Source of the DNA: Candidatus Latescibacterota bacterium
GTDB lineage: Bacteria > Latescibacterota > UBA2968
Length of the DNA stretch: 64,000 nt
Assembly: GCA_965204375.1 (NCBI GenBank)
Contig: OZ241986.1
Location: 5,920,001-5,984,000, forward strand
Reading direction: 5' to 3'
Part shown: in pieces, positions 1 through 9,317 of the stretch
How the letters are laid out: each line of letters begins with the position of its first letter
Numbering within the stretch: the first letter of the stretch is position 1
The notes under the pieces: generated by a model
Told to the model about the DNA's origin: nothing
The model's input: the letters and a program-made list of their open reading frames with translations, nothing else
The model's database searches: none
Position numbers and translations under genes: made by a program

Positions 1-1
1 C

Positions 2-292
2 TGCTGTGACTGTGGTGGGCACGGATACGCGGATGTTTTCCTGTGATAGCGCGTTGTCCAGGTCAATGGGTACGACAAAGGGTTCGAGGTCGAGGTAGTC
101 GTAGTCCTGCAATAGGGGCAGGATAAAAGCTGCGCCGCCGTGTACACATTTTGCGGCTGTGCCACCCCCTGTTTTGCCGTAGATGACGAGTATTTTGTTG
201 GATGGACAGCGTTTGTAACGCGAGATAAATGTGAGGAACAGCAATAATACAACGGCTGATAGGATGACGGTGAGGATGAATTCAGTGGGCAT
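2..292 (-). CDS. Flotillin/SPFH (band 7) family protein, N-terminal part; runs off the left edge
   Basis: Manual translation from ATG at 292: MPTEFILTVILSAVVLLLFLTFISRYKRCPSNKILVIYGKTGGGTAAKCVHGGAAFILPLLQDYDYLDLEPF...ALSQENIRVSVP. N-terminal TM helix followed by the typical flotillin 'RYKRCP..KILVIYGK..GGA.F..P..Q' segment. Lies directly downstream of an NfeD-like gene. Not in the ORF track. Confidence 0.85.
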   Translation of the reverse strand, partial: MPTEFILTVILSAVVLLLFLTFISRYKRCPSNKILVIYGKTGGGTAAKCVHGGAAFILPLLQDYDYLDLEPFVVPIDLDNALSQENIRVSVPTTVTA

Positions 293-306
293 AGGGTCCC
301 CTTTGT

Positions 307-915
307 TTAGGATTGAATGGGTTCTACTTCGACTGTGGTTATGTCGAGTGTTCGCAATACGCGAACCGGCGTTTTATTCTGGATGGACTGCCCGTCTTTG
401 CTGCGTGCAGAGACGTAGTTGACAGCCCCGCTTTCCATTACGCGAATTTGACCGGCGCCATTTTCGGGGATGTCGATATAGACTTCGCCTTCATTGCCGA
501 TACAGGACGATAGGTTTCGGTTATGCGATTCGGAGAGTTGTTGCACTTTGTAGAAGAAATATGCAACCAGGACCATCCCTGCGCCGCCCCATACGAGGCC
601 GCGAAGAACCGATTCTTCGATTGAGAGGCCCAGGTCGAGGTAGAGTGCGCCCGCCCAGCCAAAGAGCATGCCAAAGGCTATTACAGAACGCAGCGAGAGC
701 AGTTGAAAGGTGGCGACACCGTGATCATAAGGACTATTATCGACATCTGGCCCCGCATCGTTGGCATTGAAGCTGTCATGGTCCATGACGTCTGCGGAAT
801 CGCCCAGGCCGATGAGTGTTGTGATAAATTGCCAGAGAAACAAAAGGGTGAAGAAGACAGCACAGCCATAGAATGCCTGATTGAGAGGCGCGAGTTCTGA
901 CCACCATGCCTGCAT
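307..915 (-). CDS. NfeD-like/YqiJ-like membrane protein (flotillin partner, C-terminal OB fold)
   Basis: Three hydrophobic helices, then 'IGNEGEVYIDIPENGAGQIRV...SARSKDGQSIQNKTPVRVL' OB-fold pattern; directly upstream of the flotillin gene. Confidence 0.8.
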   Translation of the reverse strand: MQAWWSELAPLNQAFYGCAVFFTLLFLWQFITTLIGLGDSADVMDHDSFNANDAGPDVDNSPYDHGVATFQLLSLRSVIAFGMLFGWAGALYLDLGLSIEESVLRGLVWGGAGMVLVAYFFYKVQQLSESHNRNLSSCIGNEGEVYIDIPENGAGQIRVMESGAVNYVSARSKDGQSIQNKTPVRVLRTLDITTVEVEPIQS

Positions 916-1020
916 ATTAACCTCCAGAAATCGATTGCGCGTTCCATCAACTATTTTAGGTGTAGGAATCTGTTATTCTTAAATTTGTTCATGCAAGGGA
1001 CGAAAAGCAAGGGTTATTTC

Positions 1021-1611
1021 TTATCCGGGTTGTAAGCCGAGTTTGCGAAATTCGCTTTTGAGCTGGCGGCGGGCGCGGCACAGCCAGGTTTTTACGGTTC
1101 CAAGCGGAACGCGAAGTGCCTGTGTAATTTCTTCGTAGGACCAGTCCATGACGTAGCGCAGCCACATGGCTTTGCGATAGCGTTCGGGCAAGTTTTGTAT
1201 GCTTTTGTGGACCAATTGTATGCGTTCGCGTTTTTCTACGATCTGGTCTGGTAGCGCGCCGGGTATGAGGTCGCGGAGGACGTTGTGTACGACTTCGGGG
1301 TCTTCGGTTTGATAGACCCAGTTTTGCCGCACTTGCTGCGAGCGGAGGTGCGATCGATAGACGTTGAGGGCAATTTGCGTGAGCCAGGTCGAAAATGCTG
1401 CCTGGCCTTTGAATGTGTGGAGCGAGCGATAGGCGCGAAAAAATGTGTCTTGCATCAGGTCGTCAACGGTGTCGCGGTCTGAAAGGCGCTGTGCGAGGGT
1501 GCCGTAGATCTGACTTTGATATTTGTGGTAGAGCGTTTCAAATGCCCGGCGGTCGCCAGAGAGGGATGCGCGAATCAGGTTTTGATCCTGTGTTTTCACT
1601 TTTTTCTCCAT
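1021..1611 (-). CDS. ECF RNA polymerase sigma-70 factor (SigW/RpoE-like)
   Basis: Region 2 'DDLMQDTFFRAYRSLHTFKGQAAFSTWLTQIALN'; region 4 'SYEEITQALRVPLGTVKTWLCRARRQL'. Confidence 0.93.
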   Translation of the reverse strand: MEKKVKTQDQNLIRASLSGDRRAFETLYHKYQSQIYGTLAQRLSDRDTVDDLMQDTFFRAYRSLHTFKGQAAFSTWLTQIALNVYRSHLRSQQVRQNWVYQTEDPEVVHNVLRDLIPGALPDQIVEKRERIQLVHKSIQNLPERYRKAMWLRYVMDWSYEEITQALRVPLGTVKTWLCRARRQLKSEFRKLGLQPG

Positions 1612-1669
1612 TCGTTAAGGTAATTCGTTAATTACTACTCTTTTGATTGTGATAAGACGGATTTTTCCG

Positions 1670-1840
1670 TCAGTCTCTTCTGAGCAAGCGATAACCGATC
1701 GCAATACATATAGCGGCGATGAGAAGTCCGATCAGGTGCAAGATTGATTCCAGTAGAGAGCCGATGAGTGGGAAGAGAACTGTAAAGGCAATATAGCCGC
1801 CGATGACGATGAATAAGATGCCGATGAGTTTTGCCAACAT
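1670..1840 (-). CDS. Small two-TM membrane protein, 56 aa (below the ORF-track cutoff)
   Basis: MLAKLIGILFIVIGGYIAFTVLFPLIGSLLESILHLIGLLIAAICIAIGYRLLRRD*; AAGGA RBS upstream; fills the gap between co-oriented genes. Confidence 0.7.
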   Translation of the reverse strand: MLAKLIGILFIVIGGYIAFTVLFPLIGSLLESILHLIGLLIAAICIAIGYRLLRRD

Positions 1841-1871
1841 GGGATGTCCTTTTTATTTTTGAGGTTGTCCG

Positions 1872-2231
1872 TCAATCCGAGATGGTCTGCGGAGGTGGAG
1901 ATGGTGTAGCGAGTGATTTGCTTTCGAGACGCTCGAGTTTGTCGTCGTTGGTGATGACGATGTCCTGCAGGTCAATGAGGCGTTTTTCGAGTTCTTTCAC
2001 GCGTTTTGTCAGTTTTTCAGACAGGTTGTTGTTTTTTATTGATCTATTTCTTCGTTCGTCTTCTGACGCAAATGTGAATGTGATAGTAAAAAAGGTGATG
2101 AAAGCCATAGCCCCCCAGGCTGCCGCCAGGCCGAGACCACCTCCCAATGTTGGGTTTTCGATATAGACAATTGTGCCGCTTGCAAGAATAATCAGGCTGA
2201 TACCAACCGTGATTGTAAGAAAGATACGCAT
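1872..2231 (-). CDS. Small membrane protein with PspB-like C-terminal coiled coil (paralog 3)
   Basis: Two TM segments followed by 'RVKELEKRLIDLQDIVITNDDKLERL'; GGAGGG RBS. Confidence 0.7.
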   Translation of the reverse strand: MRIFLTITVGISLIILASGTIVYIENPTLGGGLGLAAAWGAMAFITFFTITFTFASEDERRNRSIKNNNLSEKLTKRVKELEKRLIDLQDIVITNDDKLERLESKSLATPSPPPQTISD

Positions 2232-2248
2232 GGTGCCCTCCCTGTAAA

Positions 2249-2482
2249 TTAGCGCGCAGTGGGTGATCGGTCGAATTTTTCGTCCATGGTGATGAGGATA
2301 TCCTGAATGTCTGTGAGCCTGCGGTCGAGTTCATCTATTCTCGCATTCAAGCGTTCTTCTGCATCGCTGGGAATGGACCCTTTGGTGCGGCGATCAATGT
2401 ATTTGTGTACTGCTGACGCAATGGCGCCTACAATGATGATCATCAATATGCCACCCATAGTGACACCAATAACATTAGTCAT
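2249..2482 (-). CDS. Small single-TM protein with PspB-like coiled coil (paralog 2)
   Basis: TM followed by 'SIPSDAEERLNARIDELDRRLTDIQDILITMDEKF'; AGGAGG RBS. Confidence 0.75.
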   Translation of the reverse strand: MTNVIGVTMGGILMIIIVGAIASAVHKYIDRRTKGSIPSDAEERLNARIDELDRRLTDIQDILITMDEKFDRSPTAR

Positions 2483-2493
2483 TTTACCCCTCC

Positions 2494-2715
2494 TTATCTT
2501 CTGCTGAGTTTTTCATCAATGGTGATCATGACATCTTGAATGTCTGTGAGTCTGCGTTCGAGTTCGTCCATTCTCGCGTTTATGCGTTCTTCTGCATCGC
2601 TGGGGATGGACCTTCTGGTGCGGTGCTCGACGTATTTGTATGCCGCTGATGCGAGAATGATTATCGCTACCATCATTCCAATTTCAAACATTACCATTAT
2701 TTTGCCCTCCCACAC
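2494..2715 (-). CDS. Small single-TM protein with PspB-like coiled coil (paralog 1); true start may be a few codons downstream
   Basis: TM followed by 'SIPSDAEERINARMDELERRLTDIQDVMITIDEKL'; C-terminus nearly identical to paralog 2. Confidence 0.75.
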   Translation of the reverse strand: MWEGKIMVMFEIGMMVAIIILASAAYKYVEHRTRRSIPSDAEERINARMDELERRLTDIQDVMITIDEKLSRR

Positions 2716-2718
2716 ACA

Positions 2719-3387
2719 TTAGAGTTCATCGATGGGTCTCGCGCGGTATTTTTCATCCCAGCGTTCGATTTCCGGAAAATGGTAAACGACCAGTCCCGAA
2801 TCTGAGATTCGCATTTCCGCATGACCACTTATGGTTAATTCTCGCAGGATTTCTTCGGTTTTTTCAACTGTTATTCTGGTGTCCATGGCAGCTTCTGTTA
2901 CGGTGAGGCTGCCCCCTTTTTCTCGGGCGAGACGGAGTATGCGATGCTGATTTTTGGCATGTGCTTTTTTGTCTCCCGATCTTTTGACCCGGCGACCTGC
3001 CCACCATATAAGTTGAGAGAAGACGATTATACAGAGGCCAACACTGAGTTCTTCGTGTCTGAATGGATTTGTGTCTGCCCAGGGGGGATGTTCTACCAGT
3101 GTAATGAGTACGAGCATGAGGCCGCAAAATCCCATAAGTGCGGCCATTCCTATTAAACCATAAGCGAAGAGATAACGCATGGCACAACTCCCATCGGTGG
3201 CGAGGTCAGAGAGGCGGTCGGGCACGCGCTTGAATGAATTGGTTGCGGTTTGGAAATCGCTGCTCGCGCTGTGAACGCGCGCCTCCCAATTTCCCTTCCA
3301 TTTCTTTTTTATTTTTCGCTCCGCATTGTTGACCGCGCGGTCAATTTTGCTGGCGATTTCATCGGCGAGTTTTTCCAGGTCACGCAT
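2719..3387 (-). CDS. Membrane protein: N-terminal helical region, two TMs, C-terminal winged-helix-like domain
   Basis: Overlaps the pspA 3' end by 8 nt; C-terminal 'ILRLAREKGGSLTVTEAAMDTRITVEKTEEILRELTISGHAEMRISDSGLVVYHFPE' has a wHTH-like pattern. Confidence 0.7.
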   Translation of the reverse strand: MRDLEKLADEIASKIDRAVNNAERKIKKKWKGNWEARVHSASSDFQTATNSFKRVPDRLSDLATDGSCAMRYLFAYGLIGMAALMGFCGLMLVLITLVEHPPWADTNPFRHEELSVGLCIIVFSQLIWWAGRRVKRSGDKKAHAKNQHRILRLAREKGGSLTVTEAAMDTRITVEKTEEILRELTISGHAEMRISDSGLVVYHFPEIERWDEKYRARPIDEL

Positions 3388-4057
3388 CTTTTTGTCCCAT
3401 TTTCTTTTTTAGTGCATTGAGTTCGTCTTCTACTGTGCTTTTGCGCTCGAGTTTGGAAAATTCTTCTTCCAGAGAGGGGTCAGCACTCGCCATTTCTTGA
3501 TGGGCTTCGGCTTCGGCTTCTTCGGTTTCGATGCGCTGGCGGAACCGTTCAAAGCTCGAAAATGCGTCTTCACCTACTCCCGAGAGGCCCCTGGCGATTT
3601 GCTTGCGGGCTTCGGCTGCACGACGTCGGGCAATTAGAGTGCCCTGGCGGGTGCGGGCTTCGTCGAGTTTGGCTTTGAGTTGGGTGAGTTGTTGTTTGAG
3701 TTGGGACGAGGTTTTACGGCTTTCTTCGAGGGCGACTTCAAGGTCGTGTGTGGCTTCCTGATTTGCAGCTTTGCGCTCGAGGGCGCGGCGGGCAAGGTCG
3801 TCTTCGCCGGCTTCAACGGCTAATTCGGCTTTTTTTTGCCAGGCTTCGATTTGATCCTGTTTTTCGAGATATTGTCTTTCCAGGCGTTTTTCATTCGCTA
3901 CAGCCGTGCCGACTGAGGCAGTGGCTTTGTTGACGGCTTCTTCCATTTCCAGAATCATCTGGCGGATCATTTTTTCCGGGTCTTCGGCGCGGGTAATCAG
4001 GTCGTTGACGTTGGCTTTGACGATGTCGGCCATTCTGTAAAAAATTCCGCGTGCCAT
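3380..4057 (-). CDS. pspA: Phage shock protein A (PspA/IM30 family)
   Basis: 'GIFYRMADIVKANVNDLITRAEDPEKMIRQMILEME', 'GEDDLARRALERK', C-terminal 'VEDELNALKKKM'; AAGGAG RBS. Confidence 0.95.
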   Translation of the reverse strand: MARGIFYRMADIVKANVNDLITRAEDPEKMIRQMILEMEEAVNKATASVGTAVANEKRLERQYLEKQDQIEAWQKKAELAVEAGEDDLARRALERKAANQEATHDLEVALEESRKTSSQLKQQLTQLKAKLDEARTRQGTLIARRRAAEARKQIARGLSGVGEDAFSSFERFRQRIETEEAEAEAHQEMASADPSLEEEFSKLERKSTVEDELNALKKKMGQKDA

Positions 4058-4124
4058 GATTTACTCCTTTCACAAGGTGCTACATTTATGGGATTCTGAT
4101 GTTTTTTGTTGTCGCATTCTTTTT

Positions 4125-4141
4125 ATGCAAAGTCTATGCCA
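4125..4141 (-). promoter_or_regulatory. Sigma54 (-24/-12) promoter upstream of pspA
   Basis: Minus strand reads TGGCATAGACTTTGCAT, with exact GG-N10-GC spacing, about 70 bp upstream of the pspA ATG. Confidence 0.8.
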
Positions 4142-4215
4142 GGAGTGTGATGTGATATTAAATGTTGTTTTTTATATACATAGATGTTTTAGAGAAATGG
4201 GACAGGTCGATAGAG

Positions 4216-4254
4216 TTGGTAAAAATTGCCATGTGTGCTGGCGAAAGAGACCAA
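4216..4254. promoter_or_regulatory. Putative paired upstream activating sequences for a PspF-like enhancer-binding protein
   Basis: Dyad TTGGT-N7-GCCA-N7-TGGC-N7-ACCAA, 75-115 bp upstream of the -24 element and separated from it by an AT-rich tract. Confidence 0.55.
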
Positions 4255-4374
4255 ATTTTCAATTTTTAGAGGGTCATATCTTGTCTTTTTTTTCTAAAAG
4301 GTCTATTATCTATCGGTTTGTCGCAAGTTGGTCTCAAATGTCACTACTTTTTTACTTTATATACTGAATTTTTT

Positions 4375-5886
4375 ATGCTTCGATATATCCGAGTGTCTTT
4401 ATTGGCCTGCTTCCTTTTGTCGTGTGCGGCACATGCGCCTGCTTTAACAGAGACTTATGTGGTGCAAAGAGGGGATTCTCTGTGGGAAATTGCCGATCAG
4501 TTTTCCATGAGTGTGGCCGAACTCAAGCGGAGCAATGGGTTAAAGTCGCATCACATTTATCCCGGACAAAGACTGCTCATTCGCTCACAAAGGCTTCCCA
4601 TGCGCTCCTCCAGTGGGGTAGAATACGTGGTGAGAAGGGGAGATTCGCTTTCTAAAATCGCCGCGCGGTTTTCTATGAGTGTGTCCGAACTGAAGCGTAT
4701 CAATGGTTTGAGGTCGAATAATATTTATCCCGGACAAAGGCTTCGTATCCGCTCTTCTGCAGCGCAACCGTCTCGCTCCCGTTCTTATACTGAGCAATCG
4801 TCTCGCACCACAGTGCAACCGTCTCGCTCCCGTCCATCTTCTGGCTACGTAGAAATGGACTATGTGGTGAGAAGGGGGGATACACTTTCTAAAATTGCCG
4901 CACAATATTCTATGGGCCTGACTGAACTCAAGCGGAGCAATGGTATCCGGGCAGATCGCATTTATGTGGGCCAGAGGTTAAAGATACGGACTCGGTTAAC
5001 AAAGATCACGATGGATAATGGGCCGTATTATTTTTATCGTCCCAAAGCTGCTGTGCAACGCAGTCGGAGATATCGGGAAGTGCCCCCCAAAAAGCCGATT
5101 GAAGATTATAGGAGTGCCCGCAATTTGATGGGCGTGTTTAATGCAAATATTAATTCTGATATGCGTCGAGATAGCCGATCACAGCCGTTGAAAGGCTGGC
5201 GCATTGTGCTCGACCCGGGGCATGGTGGACGCGACCCGGGTGCTATTGTTTCCAATTTAGATGGCAATAATCGTTCGGTTTATGTGGTCGAAGACGAATT
5301 TGTTTACGATATCGCGTTGCGTTTGTACCAAAAACTGAGGCTTGCAGGTGCCGAGGTGGAGATGACGGTGATTAGTCCAAATCATCTCATTCGGGAAAAT
5401 AATCCGCCTGCAAGGACGTTTGTACACGAACAAAACGAAGTCTATAACGATGTAAGTGTCAACAGAAGAAATAGTTTTTCAGTGCGTCCGGGGCTTGATA
5501 ATATTGTACAGCGGGTAAAAATAGCCAACCGTTTCTTTGCAAGGCGCGGGAAGACTCTGTTTATATCCCTGCATGCAGACAACACGCCCAATCGCTCAAA
5601 GGGTCCGCTGGTTATTTATTGGAGCAGGCGCGGGAAGATCGATTCCCGGTCCCGGTCATTTGCGCGGATTATGGAAAGGGCACTCGATCTGCCAGATGTG
5701 CCCGCTCAAATTGGGGGACGCAATCTGGCGGTGTTGCGGGGCAATCTGGCGCAGGCAGAAATTCTGGTGGAGATACGCAATGTACACCATAAAGGCGAAG
5801 CATGGGCATTGCGGTCCCACAAGAGGCGCGACTCCGATGCGAATCGAATTTTTCGCGGGATATTAAATTACGCGAAGAGGTATTAG
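4375..5886 (+). CDS. LysM(x3) N-acetylmuramoyl-L-alanine amidase (Amidase_3)
   Basis: Signal/lipoprotein-like N-terminus (LLSC); three 'YVV.RGD.L..IA' LysM repeats; 'IVLDPGHGG.DPGA', 'FISLHAD', 'ILVE' amidase motifs. Start placed at ATG 4375. Confidence 0.9.
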   Translation: MLRYIRVSLLACFLLSCAAHAPALTETYVVQRGDSLWEIADQFSMSVAELKRSNGLKSHHIYPGQRLLIRSQRLPMRSSSGVEYVVRRGDSLSKIAARFSMSVSELKRINGLRSNNIYPGQRLRIRSSAAQPSRSRSYTEQSSRTTVQPSRSRPSSGYVEMDYVVRRGDTLSKIAAQYSMGLTELKRSNGIRADRIYVGQRLKIRTRLTKITMDNGPYYFYRPKAAVQRSRRYREVPPKKPIEDYRSARNLMGVFNANINSDMRRDSRSQPLKGWRIVLDPGHGGRDPGAIVSNLDGNNRSVYVVEDEFVYDIALRLYQKLRLAGAEVEMTVISPNHLIRENNPPARTFVHEQNEVYNDVSVNRRNSFSVRPGLDNIVQRVKIANRFFARRGKTLFISLHADNTPNRSKGPLVIYWSRRGKIDSRSRSFARIMERALDLPDVPAQIGGRNLAVLRGNLAQAEILVEIRNVHHKGEAWALRSHKRRDSDANRIFRGILNYAKRY

Positions 5887-5890
5887 GATA

Positions 5891-8077
5891 TTACGGAGAA
5901 AATCGCTTTAGGCGCAGGGCATTGGTGACAACGGAGACAGAAGAGAGGGCCATAGCAGCTGCGGCGAGCATGGGACCACCCAGGGGATTGAGCAGGCCCA
6001 ACGCAGCAACGGGAATGAGAAGGGTGTTGTAGGCAAATGCCCAGAAGAGATTTTGGCGAATGATGCGCATGGTTTGCCGCGATAGCCGGATAGATGTGGC
6101 TATGGCCGATAGGTTACCCGACATGAGGATCATGCCCGCGCTTTCTATGGCAATGTCTGTGCCCGAACTCAGGGCGATGCCGACATTGGCCTGGGCGAGT
6201 GCAGGGGCGTCGTTGATGCCATCGCCAACCATGCCTACATTTACATTTTTTTTCTGGAGTTGCGCGACTTTGTGAGCTTTGTCCTGGGGCATGACCTCGG
6301 CAAAGACCTGATCGATGTTGAGCTGTTGCCCAATGGCTTTGGCCGTGCGCGCATTGTCGCCTGTCACGAGGGAGACTTCAAGGCTCAGGTACTGGAGGTC
6401 TCGAACGGCTTGCGCGGCGTCGGCTTTCAGGTTGTCTGAAATGGCGATGAGGCCCGCAGGCTGATCATCGATGGTGACGAATACGGCGGTTTTGCCCTCG
6501 GCTTCGAGTTTTTCGGCTGGATATTTTGCGCGGTCAGATATGGTGCGTGGGTTGCCGAGCACGACGCGCTGTCCGTCAATTGTAGCGGCAATACCAACGC
6601 CGGGTATGGCTTCAAAATCTGTGGTTGGATGCAGGGAGAGGCCGGCTTCTTGCGCGGCGCGAACAATGGCTTCGCCAAGGGGGTGTTCCGATCCTTTTTC
6701 TGCAGAGGCTGCGAGTTTGAGTATGTGATTGCGGTGGTAATTTTCTGCGGGGATAATATCGGTGACAGTGGGTTTGCCCTCTGTTAGCGTGCCTGTTTTG
6801 TCCAGGACAATGGCATTGAGGCGGTGTGCATTTTCGAGCACATCGCCTCCTTTTATGAGGATGCCGAGTTGCGCGCCCCGTCCTGTGCCGACTGCGATGG
6901 CAGTGGGGGTGGCCAATCCCATTGCACAAGGGCATGCGATGATGAGGACGACTACGGCATTGATGAGAGCGGTTTCGATTCCAAAGCCAAAAATCCACCA
7001 CAGGGCGCAGGTCAGCAGGGCGATGGCGAATATGATCGGGACAAAGATACTGGCGACGCGGTCGGCGAGATGTTGTATGGGTGCTTTAGATCCCTGTGCT
7101 TGTCGCACGAGATCAATGATTTGAGACAAGACTGTATCGGCACCGATCTGTGTTGCTTTGAAGATAAAACTACCGGTTGTGTTGCGCGTTCCGCCTGTGA
7201 CTGTGTCGCCTAATTGTTTGTCAACGGGTAAGGATTCGCCCGTGAGCATGGATTCGTCAATTGCGGATTGTCCATTTTGTATGAGGCCATCGACAGGGAT
7301 GTTTTCACCGGGCCGAACGCGAATGTGATCGCCGACCTGGATGTGTTCAACGGGTGTTTCAACATCCCGACCGTTGCGAACGATGTGGGCGGTTTTGGGG
7401 CGCAGGTTGAGGAGTTTTCGGATGGCGGACGATGTTTGGCCCCTGGCGCGCGTTTCGAGCAGACGACCGAGCAGGACGAGTGTAATGATCATGGCAGAGG
7501 TGTCGAAGTAGGTCTGGATGTTCTGCGTGCCGAGTGGGGCAAAGGTTACTGCGGTGCTGTAAAAATAAGCGGCGAGGGTTCCCGCAGCTATCAGGCTGTT
7601 CATGTCGGCTGTGCGATGGCGCAGTGCAGCCCATGCCCCTTTGAGAAAACGCCAGCCACATAAGAATTGAACTGGTGTGGCCAATGCAAAGAGCAATATG
7701 TGAATGTAATGGGGAGGTGTGTTCGCGCCCCACATGGTGCGGGTCATGCCCGTCGCCATGATGAGTGCGGAGAAGATTGCGGCGACAGTGAATAGAGAAC
7801 GCAACTTGCGATATTCGATGGTGCGTTCGATTTGCTCGGTGTCTTCCGAAGTGTGAGAAGAGGCTTTGTAACCCGCACTGGAGACGGCATTTACGAGCGT
7901 GCCTAACGGGACGGCTTTGTGATGAACCGTGGCCTGATGGGTGGCAAAGTTGACCTGGGCATCTGCGACGCCGGAGATGGTCTTGAGGGCATCTTCAACC
8001 CGCGCCACACAGGCGGCACAACTCATGCCTTCGATGGAGAGGGTCAGGGTTTGTATGGGATGTTCGGTTTTTGTCAT
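5891..8077 (-). CDS. copA: Cu(I)-type heavy-metal translocating P1B ATPase
   Basis: GMSCAAC metal-binding domain, [26 protein letters not shown] and MALSS motifs. Confidence 0.93.
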   Translation of the reverse strand: MTKTEHPIQTLTLSIEGMSCAACVARVEDALKTISGVADAQVNFATHQATVHHKAVPLGTLVNAVSSAGYKASSHTSEDTEQIERTIEYRKLRSLFTVAAIFSALIMATGMTRTMWGANTPPHYIHILLFALATPVQFLCGWRFLKGAWAALRHRTADMNSLIAAGTLAAYFYSTAVTFAPLGTQNIQTYFDTSAMIITLVLLGRLLETRARGQTSSAIRKLLNLRPKTAHIVRNGRDVETPVEHIQVGDHIRVRPGENIPVDGLIQNGQSAIDESMLTGESLPVDKQLGDTVTGGTRNTTGSFIFKATQIGADTVLSQIIDLVRQAQGSKAPIQHLADRVASIFVPIIFAIALLTCALWWIFGFGIETALINAVVVLIIACPCAMGLATPTAIAVGTGRGAQLGILIKGGDVLENAHRLNAIVLDKTGTLTEGKPTVTDIIPAENYHRNHILKLAASAEKGSEHPLGEAIVRAAQEAGLSLHPTTDFEAIPGVGIAATIDGQRVVLGNPRTISDRAKYPAEKLEAEGKTAVFVTIDDQPAGLIAISDNLKADAAQAVRDLQYLSLEVSLVTGDNARTAKAIGQQLNIDQVFAEVMPQDKAHKVAQLQKKNVNVGMVGDGINDAPALAQANVGIALSSGTDIAIESAGMILMSGNLSAIATSIRLSRQTMRIIRQNLFWAFAYNTLLIPVAALGLLNPLGGPMLAAAAMALSSVSVVTNALRLKRFSP

Positions 8078-8097
8078 GGGCAGTTGTGAAAGCTATT

Positions 8098-9216
8098 TTA
8101 TTTGAGGTTTTCGGGGTTTAGCCCTTTGAGGTCCTCTACGACAAAACGTCCGTCTTTGCGAATGCACTCGTCGTCGAAGTAGATTTCTCCACCGCCGTAT
8201 TCGGGGGTTTGGATGAAGACCATGTCCCAGTGTACGGCAGAGCGGTTGCCGTTGTCTGCGTCATCTTGATAGGCATTGCCAGGTGTAAAGTGGAATGATC
8301 CCGATATTTTTTCGTCGAAGAGAATATCGAGCATAGGCGATGTGATATAGGGGTTGAATGCGATGGCAAATTCGCCAATATAACGCGCGCCTGCATCGGT
8401 GTCGAGAATATCGTTGAGTTTATCGGTATCATTTGCGGTCGCGTCGATGATTTTACCCGCTTGAAAGGTCAGTTTGATATCTGAAAATGTCGTACCGCGA
8501 TAGATGGTGGGAACGTTGAAATGGATGTGACCTTTTACGGAATGTTTAACCGGTGCGGTGAAACACTCGCCATCGGGGATGTTCCGAAGTCCCGTACACG
8601 GTCTGACTGGTATGTTTTTGATGCTAAAGGATAGATCGGTATCGACTCCTGTGATGCGCACGCGCTCGGTTCGTTCCATGCGGTTTTGGAGGGGTACGAC
8701 CGCTTCGGCCATTTTGCCATAGTCGAGCGTGCAGACGTCAAAGTAAAAATCTTCAAAAGCTTCAGTACTTTGTTGTGCCTGTTGTGCCATAGAAGGCGTG
8801 GGCCATCGCAAGACTACCCATTTGGTATGCGGTACACGGATAGCAAAATGCACGGGTTTGAGCCAGTGTTTTTCGTAAATATTCATCGCGGTGCTGGATA
8901 CATCTGATAATTCTGAGATGTTGCGGCTGCCGCGCAGACCGATATAGGCCTGTACTCGCTTCATTCGGAAGGCTTCGTAATCGCCTGCTTGTTGCATAGT
9001 GGCGACATCTCCTGCATGGATGAGTTCGCGTTGGATGCGGTTATTTTTTATGGATATTAGGGGAATACCGCCAACTTCGCGCACTTTGCGAATGAGTGCA
9101 ATGATCATGTCTTCGGGCATGTCGTAGCCCTGGATGAGGACGGTTTCGCCCGCTTGTAATTTTGTGGAGTGGCGAATTAAGACATCGGCGAGTTTTTCAA
9201 GGCGAGGGTCTTGCAT
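8098..9216 (-). CDS. Aminopeptidase, peptidase M29 (AmpS/PepS-like)
   Basis: 'NIPDGECFTAP', 'GARYIGEFA', 'ILFDEKI', 'NRSAVHWDMV'. Confidence 0.9.
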   Translation of the reverse strand: MQDPRLEKLADVLIRHSTKLQAGETVLIQGYDMPEDMIIALIRKVREVGGIPLISIKNNRIQRELIHAGDVATMQQAGDYEAFRMKRVQAYIGLRGSRNISELSDVSSTAMNIYEKHWLKPVHFAIRVPHTKWVVLRWPTPSMAQQAQQSTEAFEDFYFDVCTLDYGKMAEAVVPLQNRMERTERVRITGVDTDLSFSIKNIPVRPCTGLRNIPDGECFTAPVKHSVKGHIHFNVPTIYRGTTFSDIKLTFQAGKIIDATANDTDKLNDILDTDAGARYIGEFAIAFNPYITSPMLDILFDEKISGSFHFTPGNAYQDDADNGNRSAVHWDMVFIQTPEYGGGEIYFDDECIRKDGRFVVEDLKGLNPENLK

Positions 9217-9317
9217 GGACTCTCCTGGGGATGATTGCGGTTGATGTTGATATGGAAATAAAAATAATATATGCTATGTTAGCAACCCCCATTATTGAAA
9301 TAAAACAGGTAGATCAC

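Noticed and set aside
4764-4832. 19-bp direct repeat GCAACCGTCTCGCTCCCGT
   Set aside because: An in-frame duplication (QPSRSR) in the low-complexity LysM linker; ordinary.
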